Shown here piece after piece: positions 50,306 through 61,749 of a stretch of 64,000 nucleotides of DNA; positions within the stretch are counted from its first letter, which is position 1; every line of letters begins with the position of its first letter. A model generated the notes under the pieces. It did no database searches. It saw nothing but the letters and a program-made list of their open reading frames with translations, and was not told the DNA's origin. The translations under genes and the position numbers were made by a program. Origin of the DNA: Camelus ferus (lineage: Eukaryota); assembly GCF_009834535.1 (NCBI RefSeq), contig NC_045719.1, positions 11,966,001 through 12,030,000 of the forward strand, read 5' to 3'.

Positions 50306-52104
50306 TGCCCTTTCTGTTTGCCTAGTAAGAATATTTATTGATATACCTATCCACATACACCAATATATACTGATTCTTTTTTCCCTTAAAGCAGGGCTTA
50401 CCTAGATTCCAGTCTTCCCTAAGATAGCTTTGCTCAACTATGCCTATAAATATGTTCTGTTATCCAGCACTGTGGCATCTAAACGGCACCTAAACTTGTT
50501 CCTGTTCAGGAAAAAGAATAAACCTTCTCATTATTAGGAGTGTGGTTAATCTGTGCACAATCTATGGAGATTAATATGGACTTCGGTTTTATACAAGTAT
50601 TACAATATTATCCCCTGTCCAGGTTGCCAAGCCAAACTGAAGTGGAGACTGGCCAGTCATCCAGCATTTTCAAACGTGTAAACCATCAACTGCGGTACCC
50701 ATTTGAAACAACAACATTCAAACATTCCCCCAGGCTTCAAAACCAAAGCCTTTATCGTTTATGGCTGGAATTATACAGAAACCCTCTGAACTGAAATACT
50801 GGAAAGATCCAACAGCTATTTCTTGCTAAATAATTAAAAATTATCTTAGTTTCCCTGGATAGGTTTACTTTTAAAGGATACGTTAGAAGAATCTATATTG
50901 AATTAAGAGCTTTAATACTATTTAGGGTTCATTTTGTGTAGAAGGCAACAAGGGGAAACGTTTCATTATGAAAGGTAATGATATGAGTCCAATCAGACTC
51001 TATGCTTGTGAAGTCAGGGTCTGCTCGCTTTAAATAGCAATTTATTTGGCTAATGGACACACAGCCCTGTCCAGCTTTTCATCTGAGGGAGACGGGCACA
51101 CTTCTCTGCTCTCTCCCAGGCTCTTAATCATCTCCTCATTAGTGGGTGAAGAAAACTGGTAAGGTCAGAGGTGACCTTCATTTTCCTCTCTGAGATGTCA
51201 GCACAGGTTTCATTCCTGCTAGCCCCAGCTTTTTCCTTTTTTATCTTAAAAAAATCCTCATCCTACTCATCTTTTCCTTCGCATTGACCTGCATCAAAGG
51301 TTTGGGACTTAGTCGGGGAAGCTCACATTTCACGGACTGCAAAAAGACGATCAAGAAAGTGTGCTTAGATCAGTGGATATGGATTTATTGCTTTTGGACT
51401 TTGCAGTGTACTCCGTAATCTTGTAAAACCATCCTCCGTCAACCTGGTTGACTACCCGAGTCTCCTAGAAGACTTGTTAATTATCTAGTACATTTTATGT
51501 GGAGGAGAAGAGGCTCGCCAACACGTGGGTCCTTAGAAAGCAATAAGAGAACAAATACTGTCGAGCCTTTAGGTGGAAAGCTAGGTGACAGGTGGAAAGC
51601 TAGGCGTCTTCTGTCTGCAACACCCTGTACAGAGTAAACACGCAAGTGGCGGTCAAGGGAAGGGCTGCAGAAAGCAGCGCCTGCAGGCTGCAGGCTCAAC
51701 GCACGTGGCCTCCAGAAGGGGCTGGAAGTGGGCCTTTACCTGATAATAGAGACAGAGTGGGAGACACTCCAGGAGGGAAGAGAAATAAATATCATCCGAA
51801 CACCTAAGGCAGTAAGCTATTTTCTGGCAAAATCTTTAATCAGTATTCAGTGGGAGATGTGATTTCAGAAAAAGCAAGCCAGGGAACAGACACAGTGCAG
51901 AGGGCAGCTCCTTCTGATGCAGCCTGCCCACAAAGACAGGTAGCGGAGCATCCCGGGGTGGGCGGGGAGGGCGCAGGTGAGCTGGAAGGGAGTGAGAACA
52001 CCGACAAGGGTCTTCCCACTGGCTTCAGCACCTGGAAGCTTAGATTTGCACAACAGCAAGAATCTGGCCATCCCAGGGGAGGGGAGTAACTTTCTAGCTT
52101 GATT

Positions 52105-52585
52105 TACTGTAGTGGACATAGCTGAGTGCCTCCCCTCCACTCACTCCTCCTCTCATTCCACGGTGGTACTCAACCCTCCTCTCACATGCATGACGCACAA
52201 CTGACATAAACAAATCATCCTGGTCCCATGCCCCTTGCTCTAGGTGGTCATTTGACGTTTCTGGCCAGTGACATGAGATGAATTCTGTTGAAGAATTTCG
52301 CTGAGCAGTTTCCCATGCCAAAAACAACCCCAACAGATGGGAGAACACATTTCCTTTTCTTTCAGTGGATGTTGTCACATGTGGGTATGATGCCTGGAAC
52401 AGGAGGATAAAGCCAACGCTGCAAGGACGACCGGAGGGGTCAGACCCCAGGAGGATATCCCTCAGGCTCACAACTAAGGTGCCACGGAACCACCCCATCC
52501 CGAGATTTCTTGTCATGGGTTATTTAACCTTTTTGTGTTTAAGTTACAGGTTTTGGTTACTTGCAGCTGAAAGCATCCTTTATTA
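52105..52585 (+). mobile_element. Old MaLR LTR (MLT1J/K/L-like)
   Basis: catttgacgtttctggccagtgacatgagatgaa; gtatgatgcctggaacagg; 3' end ggttttggttacttgcagctgaaagcatcct. Confidence 0.7.
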
Positions 52586-53279
52586 TCCACAGGTTAACCA
52601 CAAAGTAAGAGTATTCTATGCTAAATAAACTGGGAATGCTAAATGATTTTTAGGATTGCTAATGATTATGCTATGCTAAATAAACTAGAAATAAAACCTG
52701 AAGGAAAGGAAAGAGCATTGCCTTTAGGATGGTCCCAGGAATTGTCCCCACAATTCTACTACCACTCCCCAGCCAGGGGCTGCACTTTAGAGGGCCTGGC
52801 CTGGTGCTCTTCCAGACACATCACCTCACACAGGGCGAGAAGGACCAGACTGTCTGCCCAGAGAGTCCGCGCCTTACCTGGACTGTGCACTGAGTAGCTG
52901 GGACACCAGATTTCCCTGGCCAGGGATCTCTGAGGCCCTGCGGGGTCTGAACGGGCTTCCTCCCCGGATCAGATCTCTAGAAGGGCTGGGGGACCAGACC
53001 GCATCATTGGCATAAGGCCTGTGGGGTGTTTAGAGGATGCCTGGGGCCGGGATGGGTGTGCAGACTAGACCCAGTGCATGTGTCTGAGGCCCCTCTCAGT
53101 GGTGGAGGGGTGGTGACGGAGGGGAGCAATGGAGGTAGAAAGAAGAGGGGGCTTACACTGGTTCTCCTGCCCCAGCCCAGCGATTATAGGGCAGGTGTGT
53201 CATGACACACACACCAAGGGTAGTTCCTTTGAGAATGCACAGGAATGATGGGCACATAGACTCTCTCATTGAATTCGCA

Positions 53280-53420
53280 CAGCAGTTCAAGGGAGGGGAA
53301 GGGAAGGTGTCTGCCCACATTTTATAAATAAGGATAATAAAGGCTCAGAGAGGTGAACTTGCCTAAGATTACCCAGTAAGTGTCAGAACATGGATTTGAA
53401 TCCAGGACCCTCAAAGTTCT
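53280..53420 (-). mobile_element. MIR SINE
   Basis: cccacattttataaataaggataataaaggctcagagaggtgaacttgcctaagattacccag...ggatttgaatccagg. Confidence 0.75.
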
Positions 53421-53649
53421 CACTGTTTACCACATGTGCTCCCTCTGATTTTTCCGTGACATTGGTTTAATTTCTGTACGAAATTGAAAGACACAGATTG
53501 TTTAAATTACCCTTTTTATTTGTGTGGTCTCTAGCTTCCTATCTCAAGATCACTTAGAATTGCTTACTCGAAGGGGGTAAATACAAATGAACGAAATCCA
53601 ATCAAATTTCTTTATGAATGGGTCATTTTCAAAAAAATTTTTAAATATT

Positions 53650-53788
53650 TTTTTGGGGAGGAAGGTAATCAGGATTGTTTTATTTATTTATTTTTTAATT
53701 TTTTAATTTATTTAATGGAGGTACTGAGGATTGAACTCAGGACTCATGCATGCTAGGCACGTATTCTGTCACTGAGCTATGCCCTCCC
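53650..53788 (-). mobile_element. Vic-1-like SINE with tail
   Basis: Reverse complement reads GGGAGGGCATAGCTCAGTGACAGAATACGTGCCTAGCATGCATGAGTCCTGAGTTCAATCCTCAGTACCTCCATT, followed by an A-rich region and the CCTGATTACCTTCCTCCCCAAAAAA tail. Confidence 0.9.
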
Positions 53789-56700
53789 TTGAATCACTGT
53801 TGAATTTATTTGCTCTTGAAAAAAGTTGAAAATGTTCAACGATTTATACTGGTGTAAAGTAAATGAAGTGGGACAAAGAAGCCTCTCCTTCTCGCGTGGT
53901 ATTACGGGATATGGATGATCCTCTGTCATTTGTATAAAATGTTCTCTGAAGTTTTTGGGAAATGGGTCAATTCTATTCTTTTTCCTTTGTTGTGCAAAAT
54001 ATGTAAGTTTTATTTTCCATAAAATTATCTGAGCTGGCTGCTTACATAGCCCCAATCTGTCAGTTTCATTTTAAATTCTCCAATTCACTATTTGCTACAG
54101 ATTAAAAAAAAAAAAGTTAGGAGGTGATTTGCATTTTTTTTTTTTTTTTTTGGTAAATTGCAGTTTTTTATCTTCTGGTTGAACCAACTGTATTTAAATC
54201 TGGGTGAGGGCGGTGGAGGGGAGGCCTGCATCTTCGCAGGGTAGTTCTGGAAGGGGAGACGTCATTCCCACGTGTGCCCGATCCAAGCATACTCTCAGGG
54301 CCACCTAAGAGATTTCTCCCAGAATACTGAATACCTAATGGAAAACACTTTGATAATTGTTTTAACTCTGTCATGACACTGTCAAATATTTGGGGGAAAA
54401 ATCAAGTCTGAGCAATAATAGGCAGGCTGACATCAGTTCCTGAGACACTGATAGGAAATCCTGGAAAAGTGCTAATAGATACACACAGAAGAGTCATTTC
54501 AAGAGATGAAGGAAATGTTACAAAATCCAGACCACACACTTGTAATATCTAAGTCTTAGAGTTACAAAACTGCAGGCCATGAGCTCTGCCATCATTTTTC
54601 TGGAGTCAGCCTGACGGAGCCAGGTTGCTCTGTCTGGCTTCCAACGATATCTACTCACCCGGATGCCACCCTGGTTATTAACATGGGCACAGCACCCTGC
54701 TTCCTGAGATTCAGAGCAGTTATATTTTTGTAGCAGAAAGTACTATTCGGGCTTGAAACCAAACGGCAAGGCTAGCTTTAACTCAAGAAAGTTCAAAACT
54801 TAGAATTTTGTTCTTGGTGTCCAAATGATGCCGCCATGGATGGGTGAACCATTCATCTAAAGAAACATGGTTGGTGCATATTTTTATTTTTTGCCATTTT
54901 GGAAATATCCGACAGTATTGCACATGACACCGTAAGCAGTGAAAAGAAGCATGGAATACAGAGGTTTCTTCTGTTAAGCTGATCCTGCCTCTGGTAATGA
55001 CCAACACTTTCGTCCCCTGGCTGGTCTCCAGAGGCTTTCACTTAATCCCATATTCAACAGGACACTGCTTGGGGTGAGGCTGGCACATGGGTACCCGTTC
55101 ACCCTGTGATGCACATGCAATCTGAAATAGACTGCCAGCAGCTCAGGGCAGGAGGAGAAGAGGCCAGACCTGCTAGGCTATTTGTCATCTCAAACATTTC
55201 AAGCACTGCATTCCACCTCCTAAGCCGGACACAGGCTATACGTAGCCCCTGGCAAGACGTTTAGTTCTGGGGGCACACAAGTAAGTGTTGTAATGTAATA
55301 ACCCAAGGGAGAGAGAGAAGACTGGGCACCTGGAGCTTTTCTTTCTGTGTTTAAATGACAGAAAACTCTCTGATAAACATCTTACTATTTCGTCTTTAAG
55401 GCTAGATAATTCCATGGAATGGAATTAAAATACATATTAAGGACGTTTGCTGGGTGAAGACTATCTCACAGGCAACTACATTTGGTCTGACTTCGGTCTG
55501 CTTTCAAAGGACTGCAAGGGTCTTCGGGGGTAGTATTTCTCCCCCCCCCCCCAATTCTGGAAAATCAGAATTTTAGACCTGACTTTTGTCATTCTGTTAT
55601 CTTTCATAATCACTGTGTGAAAATAAATATGCACTGAAAAGACCAATGTTAACAGGAAAGAGGGTTTGCTATTAAAGACAAAACAAATTGTAGCCACTCT
55701 TGGCCTTCAAGGAGAGTGGCAGAATGCCATCTCCAGGGAAACTGATTCCTTAGGAAAATTCTCTGGTGTCTTAAAAATCCATTTTGGTGATGACAGTGAG
55801 GCTCCTTGGATAGTTTAGTTGCAAGAGGGCGGAGGGAAGGAAAGGGGGATTTTTCTGTATGATGAAATAAAACGAATAGTGGAGTTGTTTATGCATCTTC
55901 TTTGAGAGGTTAAGTAACTGAAAAAAGTAAAGAGAAATGTAGTCTAAAAAGGGAGGGGCTTATATATGAATATGGTGATCAGTTGGGACCAAAGGAAAGA
56001 TATAACCAATAATAAATTCCCATTTTAGGAAATGGCCAACAAACATTTGGAACCACAAAAACGACTTTCAATATAAGTTGTTTCCAATTCTATGAAGTGT
56101 TGAACCCCAAGCTACGGACCTCCCAAATCAACAGAAGAGCTGGTTAGGCATCATAGAGATGTGTGAAGGTGGCAAAAGGCTTTGGACTGGAAGACTGGAG
56201 AGCGTTAGGTTCTAGGAGGGAAAATGTGGAGCGGGAGCATAAGCAGAGCACAGAATAGCCAAGGAGCAGGAGGAACGGCAAGCCCCCTGGGCGGCCAAAG
56301 GACACTGGACTTTACAGAGTGTGGGGAAAGATTCTGTTTATTTGATTATCAAAAGAATGGCTGACTCAAGAAGGGTAGATGAACTTTAAGTTTGGGCAAC
56401 AAAATCTAAAGGCAAAGAGCATGCTGTCAGGTGGCTCTTACTGACTCGCATTTTTCGAGCATTACTTCCTAGGTATGAACAAGGCAAAGTAGAGGGGGGG
56501 GCCTGCACGTGGATCCTCGCTCTTCCACTTAAAAGTTAATGAGATCTGGGCCGACTGCTTTCCCCTCTGCATCTCCATCTCCTCATGTTCAAGATGGAAG
56601 CAATAATACGAAACTATTAGCGTTACCATAAAAATGAGAAGAAACGTTGACTATTACGTTTTCAATAAATGCTGAAACCAAAATCACAACTTTCAAGCCA

Positions 56701-58849
56701 CAGTAAAATAAAAATCAATACGATTCCGTAAACCTGCCAAAAATCCCACTATCCCCAAAATGCCTACACTATTCACAAACCTCCTACACACTCATTATTT
56801 AATGAAATGACTTAACTGGTTGGCGGTATTTTTACACACAATTTCATGTAAATCTGGTGCTTTTTTTTTCATTAATGATGTCTCATGACATATTCCACAC
56901 TATTTGAATTTCTTATGTATATTTAGTTATTAAAAAATAATTAGTTGTTTCTAAAAAGATTAACTAAACGGGTCTCAGTAAATATCAAGAGCTTCCAGGA
57001 ACTCACTATGTTCAGGAAACACCTTCAAGTCCTGCTAGCGATTATTTCTAAGCCTCCCACTTCTGGAGTGGTTTCTCTTTCACGTGTATGATCCCATTTG
57101 GTCTTGATGCCGCTGACCTTTGGTGGTGTTGTTAAGACCAAATTTTCTACATTCAAACCATTAAATTCAAGTAGTTACGATCCAACTTTCTAATTGCCTC
57201 TTGAAAGCAAAGTGGTACGATTTCTCACTGCACCACCTGATCAATACTTCCACAGTTAAACCAGTTTCAAATTCATAAACTCACCTATGGGAATGTTTCT
57301 AGTTGGTTATCTGGTTGGCAAACTGTACTGACATCTTACCACTACGGACTTTTTTTGGAAATCCATTCAGTTCAATTTTGTTTAGGAGATTAAGCATTTC
57401 TTTGGAGAGCAAAATAGCTAGATCAAAACTGACACGGCGTTAAATTTACAGGGCGACGCTTTCTGGTTTGGCGGTTAGGCTTTAATAATATTTTGTGGCA
57501 GTAACAACACGCCACTGCCTGACATTTCCCTCCTCTTTAGAAATTTAAAAAGAAAGAAAACTAAAGAAAAACAAAAAGCTTTCCTGTAACAGGATCAAGG
57601 AACTCAACTACTACCTCAATTCTGTCCATTTCAATGCAGGGTTAATACCCAACGTATTTCTTTTTCATTTGTCTGTTTTCACGGAGAAGTGGACTGTTTT
57701 GAGTGTTTCTAGTCCTATGCCCTATCTCCACTTTTCCATAGGCCTTATGCACTCCTTTGTAAAATGAGAATTTAAAAAGGGGTTGTTACCGTGAGCTTTG
57801 AGCGTTAAATCTAACATATGTAGATTGACAGGCCATTTGATTATTCTGGGAATAGCCATCCAGTTTTTAGTTTATTAAGCCCCTCTGCCCCTCAATCATT
57901 TTATTGCAGCAACACTAGGGCATGGTCTGGGTTCTGAAACTCAAAGCAGATTTTTTTTTTTTAATGAATTATGAGAAAAAAGCAAGTTACAACTACTGCA
58001 TATTATATTAATTTGGGGACTCTTTTTAAATGATCCATCTTCCCTCTCTTCCATGCACAGAAGACTCTCATAAATGATTCCGTCTCTAACTTTCACTGCC
58101 TGCTCCTCTCTCTCCCAACCTCAATCGTGCCCCTTTAAGGAACAAGAATAAAGTGATGAAAAGTTCCCATATACAACACAAATATTTTTGTGGAAATTAA
58201 CCTGGAGAAAACAAGAGGAATAAAGAGAGGCAAGGATGATTTCTTTATGAAATACAGATCCAATCACTATATCCTAAAAACGGTTTTTGACCACTGAACA
58301 GAAGTTATGCCAGTTACACCACATGAGACATTATTTTCTCTTATGAAAAGTGAAAAATTGTTAAAAAAAAAAACTTAATCTAAAGATATGCTCCTCCCTT
58401 TTAGATCTACAAATAAATGCTGTATGTAAATTAGGGCGATTTCCCAATAGTCTGTCGCTTTAAATCCTCTCTTAGCATGGCCTTAACCTCCCTGTGCTCT
58501 TAACCTTTCCGTTTAACTGTCTGGTAAAATCACGTTCTGGGATCAGTCCAAGTCTCTGCCTTTTCATCTGACTGATGAGTGAAGATGCAATAAAATACTC
58601 GAATGGGCACCTTTCACAAATAAGATACGTGTCTTCACAAGCACACAGCCACAAATTCATGGTATCCAACCCAAATAGGCTGTCGGTGGGGCTGGAAATT
58701 TTGGGTTTCCTTAGTCAGTTCTTTCACCTACCCTTCATTATAAGCATTCCATACCTTCTCTTTTATCCAAAGATAAAGAACATCCCCCTATTTCTTACTT
58801 CGCAGATTAAAACTGTCACCATCACATGGGTTTCCCATTCAACGTTCTG

Positions 58850-59650
58850 CCAACACACCTGCAGTCTTGCAATTCTTACTGCGTTCTCCTTGTCATGATG
58901 GAGGAGGGAGCCCTTCCCTCTTCAAGGCTGTTCTTGATCTCCTCCACTCCAGGGTCCCCAGATTATTTCCTTTCTCATTTGTTTCCCATTAGATCCTCGC
59001 CATCAATATTTAAATGTGATGCAGTCTCTGCTTTGTAACAAAAGAACAAAGTCCCTCTCCCTGCAAGACGCTACATCACTGTCCATCCGCACTGCCCTGC
59101 AGGCTCCTGCGACAGCTCCATGGGGCCAGTCCCCAAGTGTCAGCCCCTCCGTCTGAGTCCCAGCTCCTGCTGGTCCACTTCTGCCAACTGCTCCTGGCTT
59201 CTGGGCTCCAGTAACATTATTTCCGCCCCCCAGTCCTGGTGGCGGTAGTGCCCTCTGCTCTTGCTAATCTTGCTGCCCCATGATGCATTGTTGGCCCCTC
59301 CAGCTCCTCTGGCACCTGTGTAACCAGAGAAATTATTTTCTAACTGGATCCTATTCTTTTTCTTTTTTTCCTGAAATTATGCCTCCTTTCTACTCAGCCT
59401 TCTTCCATCATTGATACATGTCAGTATTTCATTCATCCTTCAGGGCCCAAGTCCAATCCACCTTTTAAAGCTCTCTGATACTACTTTAAATCTTCAAACC
59501 TACTTGATAAATGCCTATGCATGTGTCTACTGTCCTTGGGCACTGGGGCACACTCCAGAGGAAGGGAGGAATCACCTGCAATGTGAGATTTATCCTAAGA
59601 CAATGTCTCTCTTACCGGGTCCTCAATACATTCATTCTTGTATTTTTTCA
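58850..59650 (+). mobile_element. L2 fragment(s)
   Basis: Degenerate L2-like text ending ctactgtccttgggcactggggcacactccagaggaaggg...; approximate bounds. Confidence 0.45.
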
Positions 59651-59958
59651 ATTCAAAAATTTAATTTATCGTTTCTTTTGTAGAAACCAGTATTTCCATG
59701 GAAATATCTGTATTTCTCATACGAACCCAGTGTTGAGAAAGCCACTGCCAGGACAAAATGGACCGTGTGTTATTCCAACAAAAGTGGCACGATCGCTTAA
59801 AGACATACAAACAATGGACAGCATTAATACAGTAACAGACGTCCTGGGGTGGGGGTGGGGGGTCCTATATTTTCCTGAGTCTAAGACTGTATCAATGCTA
59901 GACACCTTCACAATTAGTTAGTGCAAGGAGTCTCTCCACTTGCCCTCCTTCCCACCAG

Positions 59959-60175
59959 ACACACGTTTACATACGGCGTATGGGATGATCGGCTGGGCGT
60001 CTACACCACTTGCAGTCTCCTCTATGTGAAGACGACGCTTTTCCGGCTCAGCAGCGTGAGAGAGCGCGGCTTTCAGGATGAAGGTCGGCTCGGTAGTTAC
60101 TTCCATGCTGGGCAGCGCGGGGACTCTTCTCTGACGGGGCTACAGCGGGGCCTGAAGGCGGGTAGCTGGGAAAGG
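59959..60175 (+). CDS. Candidate internal exon, unknown product (HTFTYGVWDDRLGVYTTCSLLYVK...GSWER)
   Basis: Acceptor ctctccacttgccctccttcccaccag, donor AGG|gtgagc, one open frame, CpG-rich. No protein recognised. Confidence 0.2.
59975..60106 (-). CDS. Candidate first coding exon, unknown product (MEVTTEPTFILKAALSHAAEPEKRRLHIEE...IIPYA)
   Basis: Strong Kozak context CCCAGCATGG, donor GCC|gtatgt. No protein recognised. Confidence 0.2.
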
Positions 60176-61392
60176 GTGAGCCAGCCCTGGGGCAGGCACG
60201 TGCCCAGGCAGGGGTGGCTCAGAGGGGCACTGGAGGGCCGACGCGGGAGGGGCCAGGCACTCATTCCCGGACTGACGTTCAGTCCCCGCAGCAGCTCCTT
60301 CACGCTCGCGCCCCCTGTCGGCCTCCCCAGGAAACTATTTGCGGCTTCTGACATTTCATGCAGCTCTCAACTGTGTTTTACTTACTTTTCATGACTACAT
60401 CTATTTTTTTTCCCCTGTATACAGGGCAGTCCATCATACGTTCTATTTCTCTGGGTTCACATTTATTATCTCCTCTTGTCTTACTTTTTTCTAATCTCAG
60501 TCGTGTCCACAACTCCACGAGGGGGAGCTGGTATAATTCACCCTTGATAAGTTGGAACTGAGTTACAACTGACACAGAACAACTTGTCTCACCTAGGGTA
60601 GCCTATCTGGTGACATAGTTAAGAACAGAACACAGGTAATTCATATTTTATCGTAGCACTTTTGAATATGACATCTCGCTGTTTACCATTCCCTTCAAAT
60701 GAGTGAAAGTTTGAGACTAACATCCTTACGTTATAAAGCACGGAAGCAACTTTCTCCCAAAAGGTATGTTATTTTGAAACCTGTGATTTATTTTGGGCAG
60801 CTTAGCTTGAAGCATCTTTTCTCAAATTCACCTCATTTTATTCTCTATTATTTATCCCAGATATCTGAATCTACATGTAGACGACCTACTCAGTAAATGA
60901 TGGAGTGTGTTATTCCAATAAAAGTGGTGGCTATTCCAATAAATGACTGGTGTGTATTTTCAAACAAAGACAAAACTATAAAAACGCCTTCAAGTTAATG
61001 AGAGTGACTTGTAACAAATTACATTTAAAAAAAAGCCTTGGAGGGGTATGAGATTTTGGGGTGTGTTCCTTGGCAGAATTGAATAAAAGTGGACTCGACT
61101 AATGTTATCCTTTCTTCTTCTGACAAATAGTGACTTCCGCTGGGAGATGATGATCACCATAGCTTCCTACCCTCCTGACCCCTCCCCCACCCCCAAACCT
61201 TGACATTCACGTGGTGCTCCTGGCCTGCCTCTGCGTAGTAGGACTGGGCGGTTTGCGTCCTGATGTTGAGATTCTACTTGTAAGAAACACAGTCGCTCTT
61301 TTCTGTTCCTAGCTTTGCATAAGCAACAATTTTTACACTCTGTTTTTTAATGTATTATTGAGTTTGGAACAGAGCATAACAATACATAAGAT

Positions 61393-61749
61393 TTAATATA
61401 TATTAAGTCTTAATATAAGGTAAGTAATATTAATACACAATACTGTATAATTTATACATAATTATATAAGTGTATGTTATAGTTATTACAATATAATTAT
61501 ATAACTGTGTTATATATAATTATATAACACAGTTATATAATTATACATTTTATATAAAATAGTCATATAAGTATATATTTATTTCATATAAAATATAATT
61601 ATATAATTACATCTTTTATCTAATATATTATATAAATGTTATATAATTACATCTTTTATGTAATATATAATTACATAAATGTTATATATAATACTATCTA
61701 ACATCTAACATACATGTAAATCTTGTATATTTATAAACTGAGAACACAG
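61393..61749. repeat. AT-rich low-complexity tract containing a perfect palindrome
   Basis: Nearly all A/T; 25-bp inverted arms at 61492-61516 and 61521-61545. Confidence 0.9.

Larger units (their letters stand above)
59950..60340. promoter_or_regulatory. CpG-rich non-repeat block (small CpG-island-like promoter or exon)
   Basis: Visibly high CpG density compared with the CpG-poor surroundings; splice signals on both strands. Confidence 0.45.
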
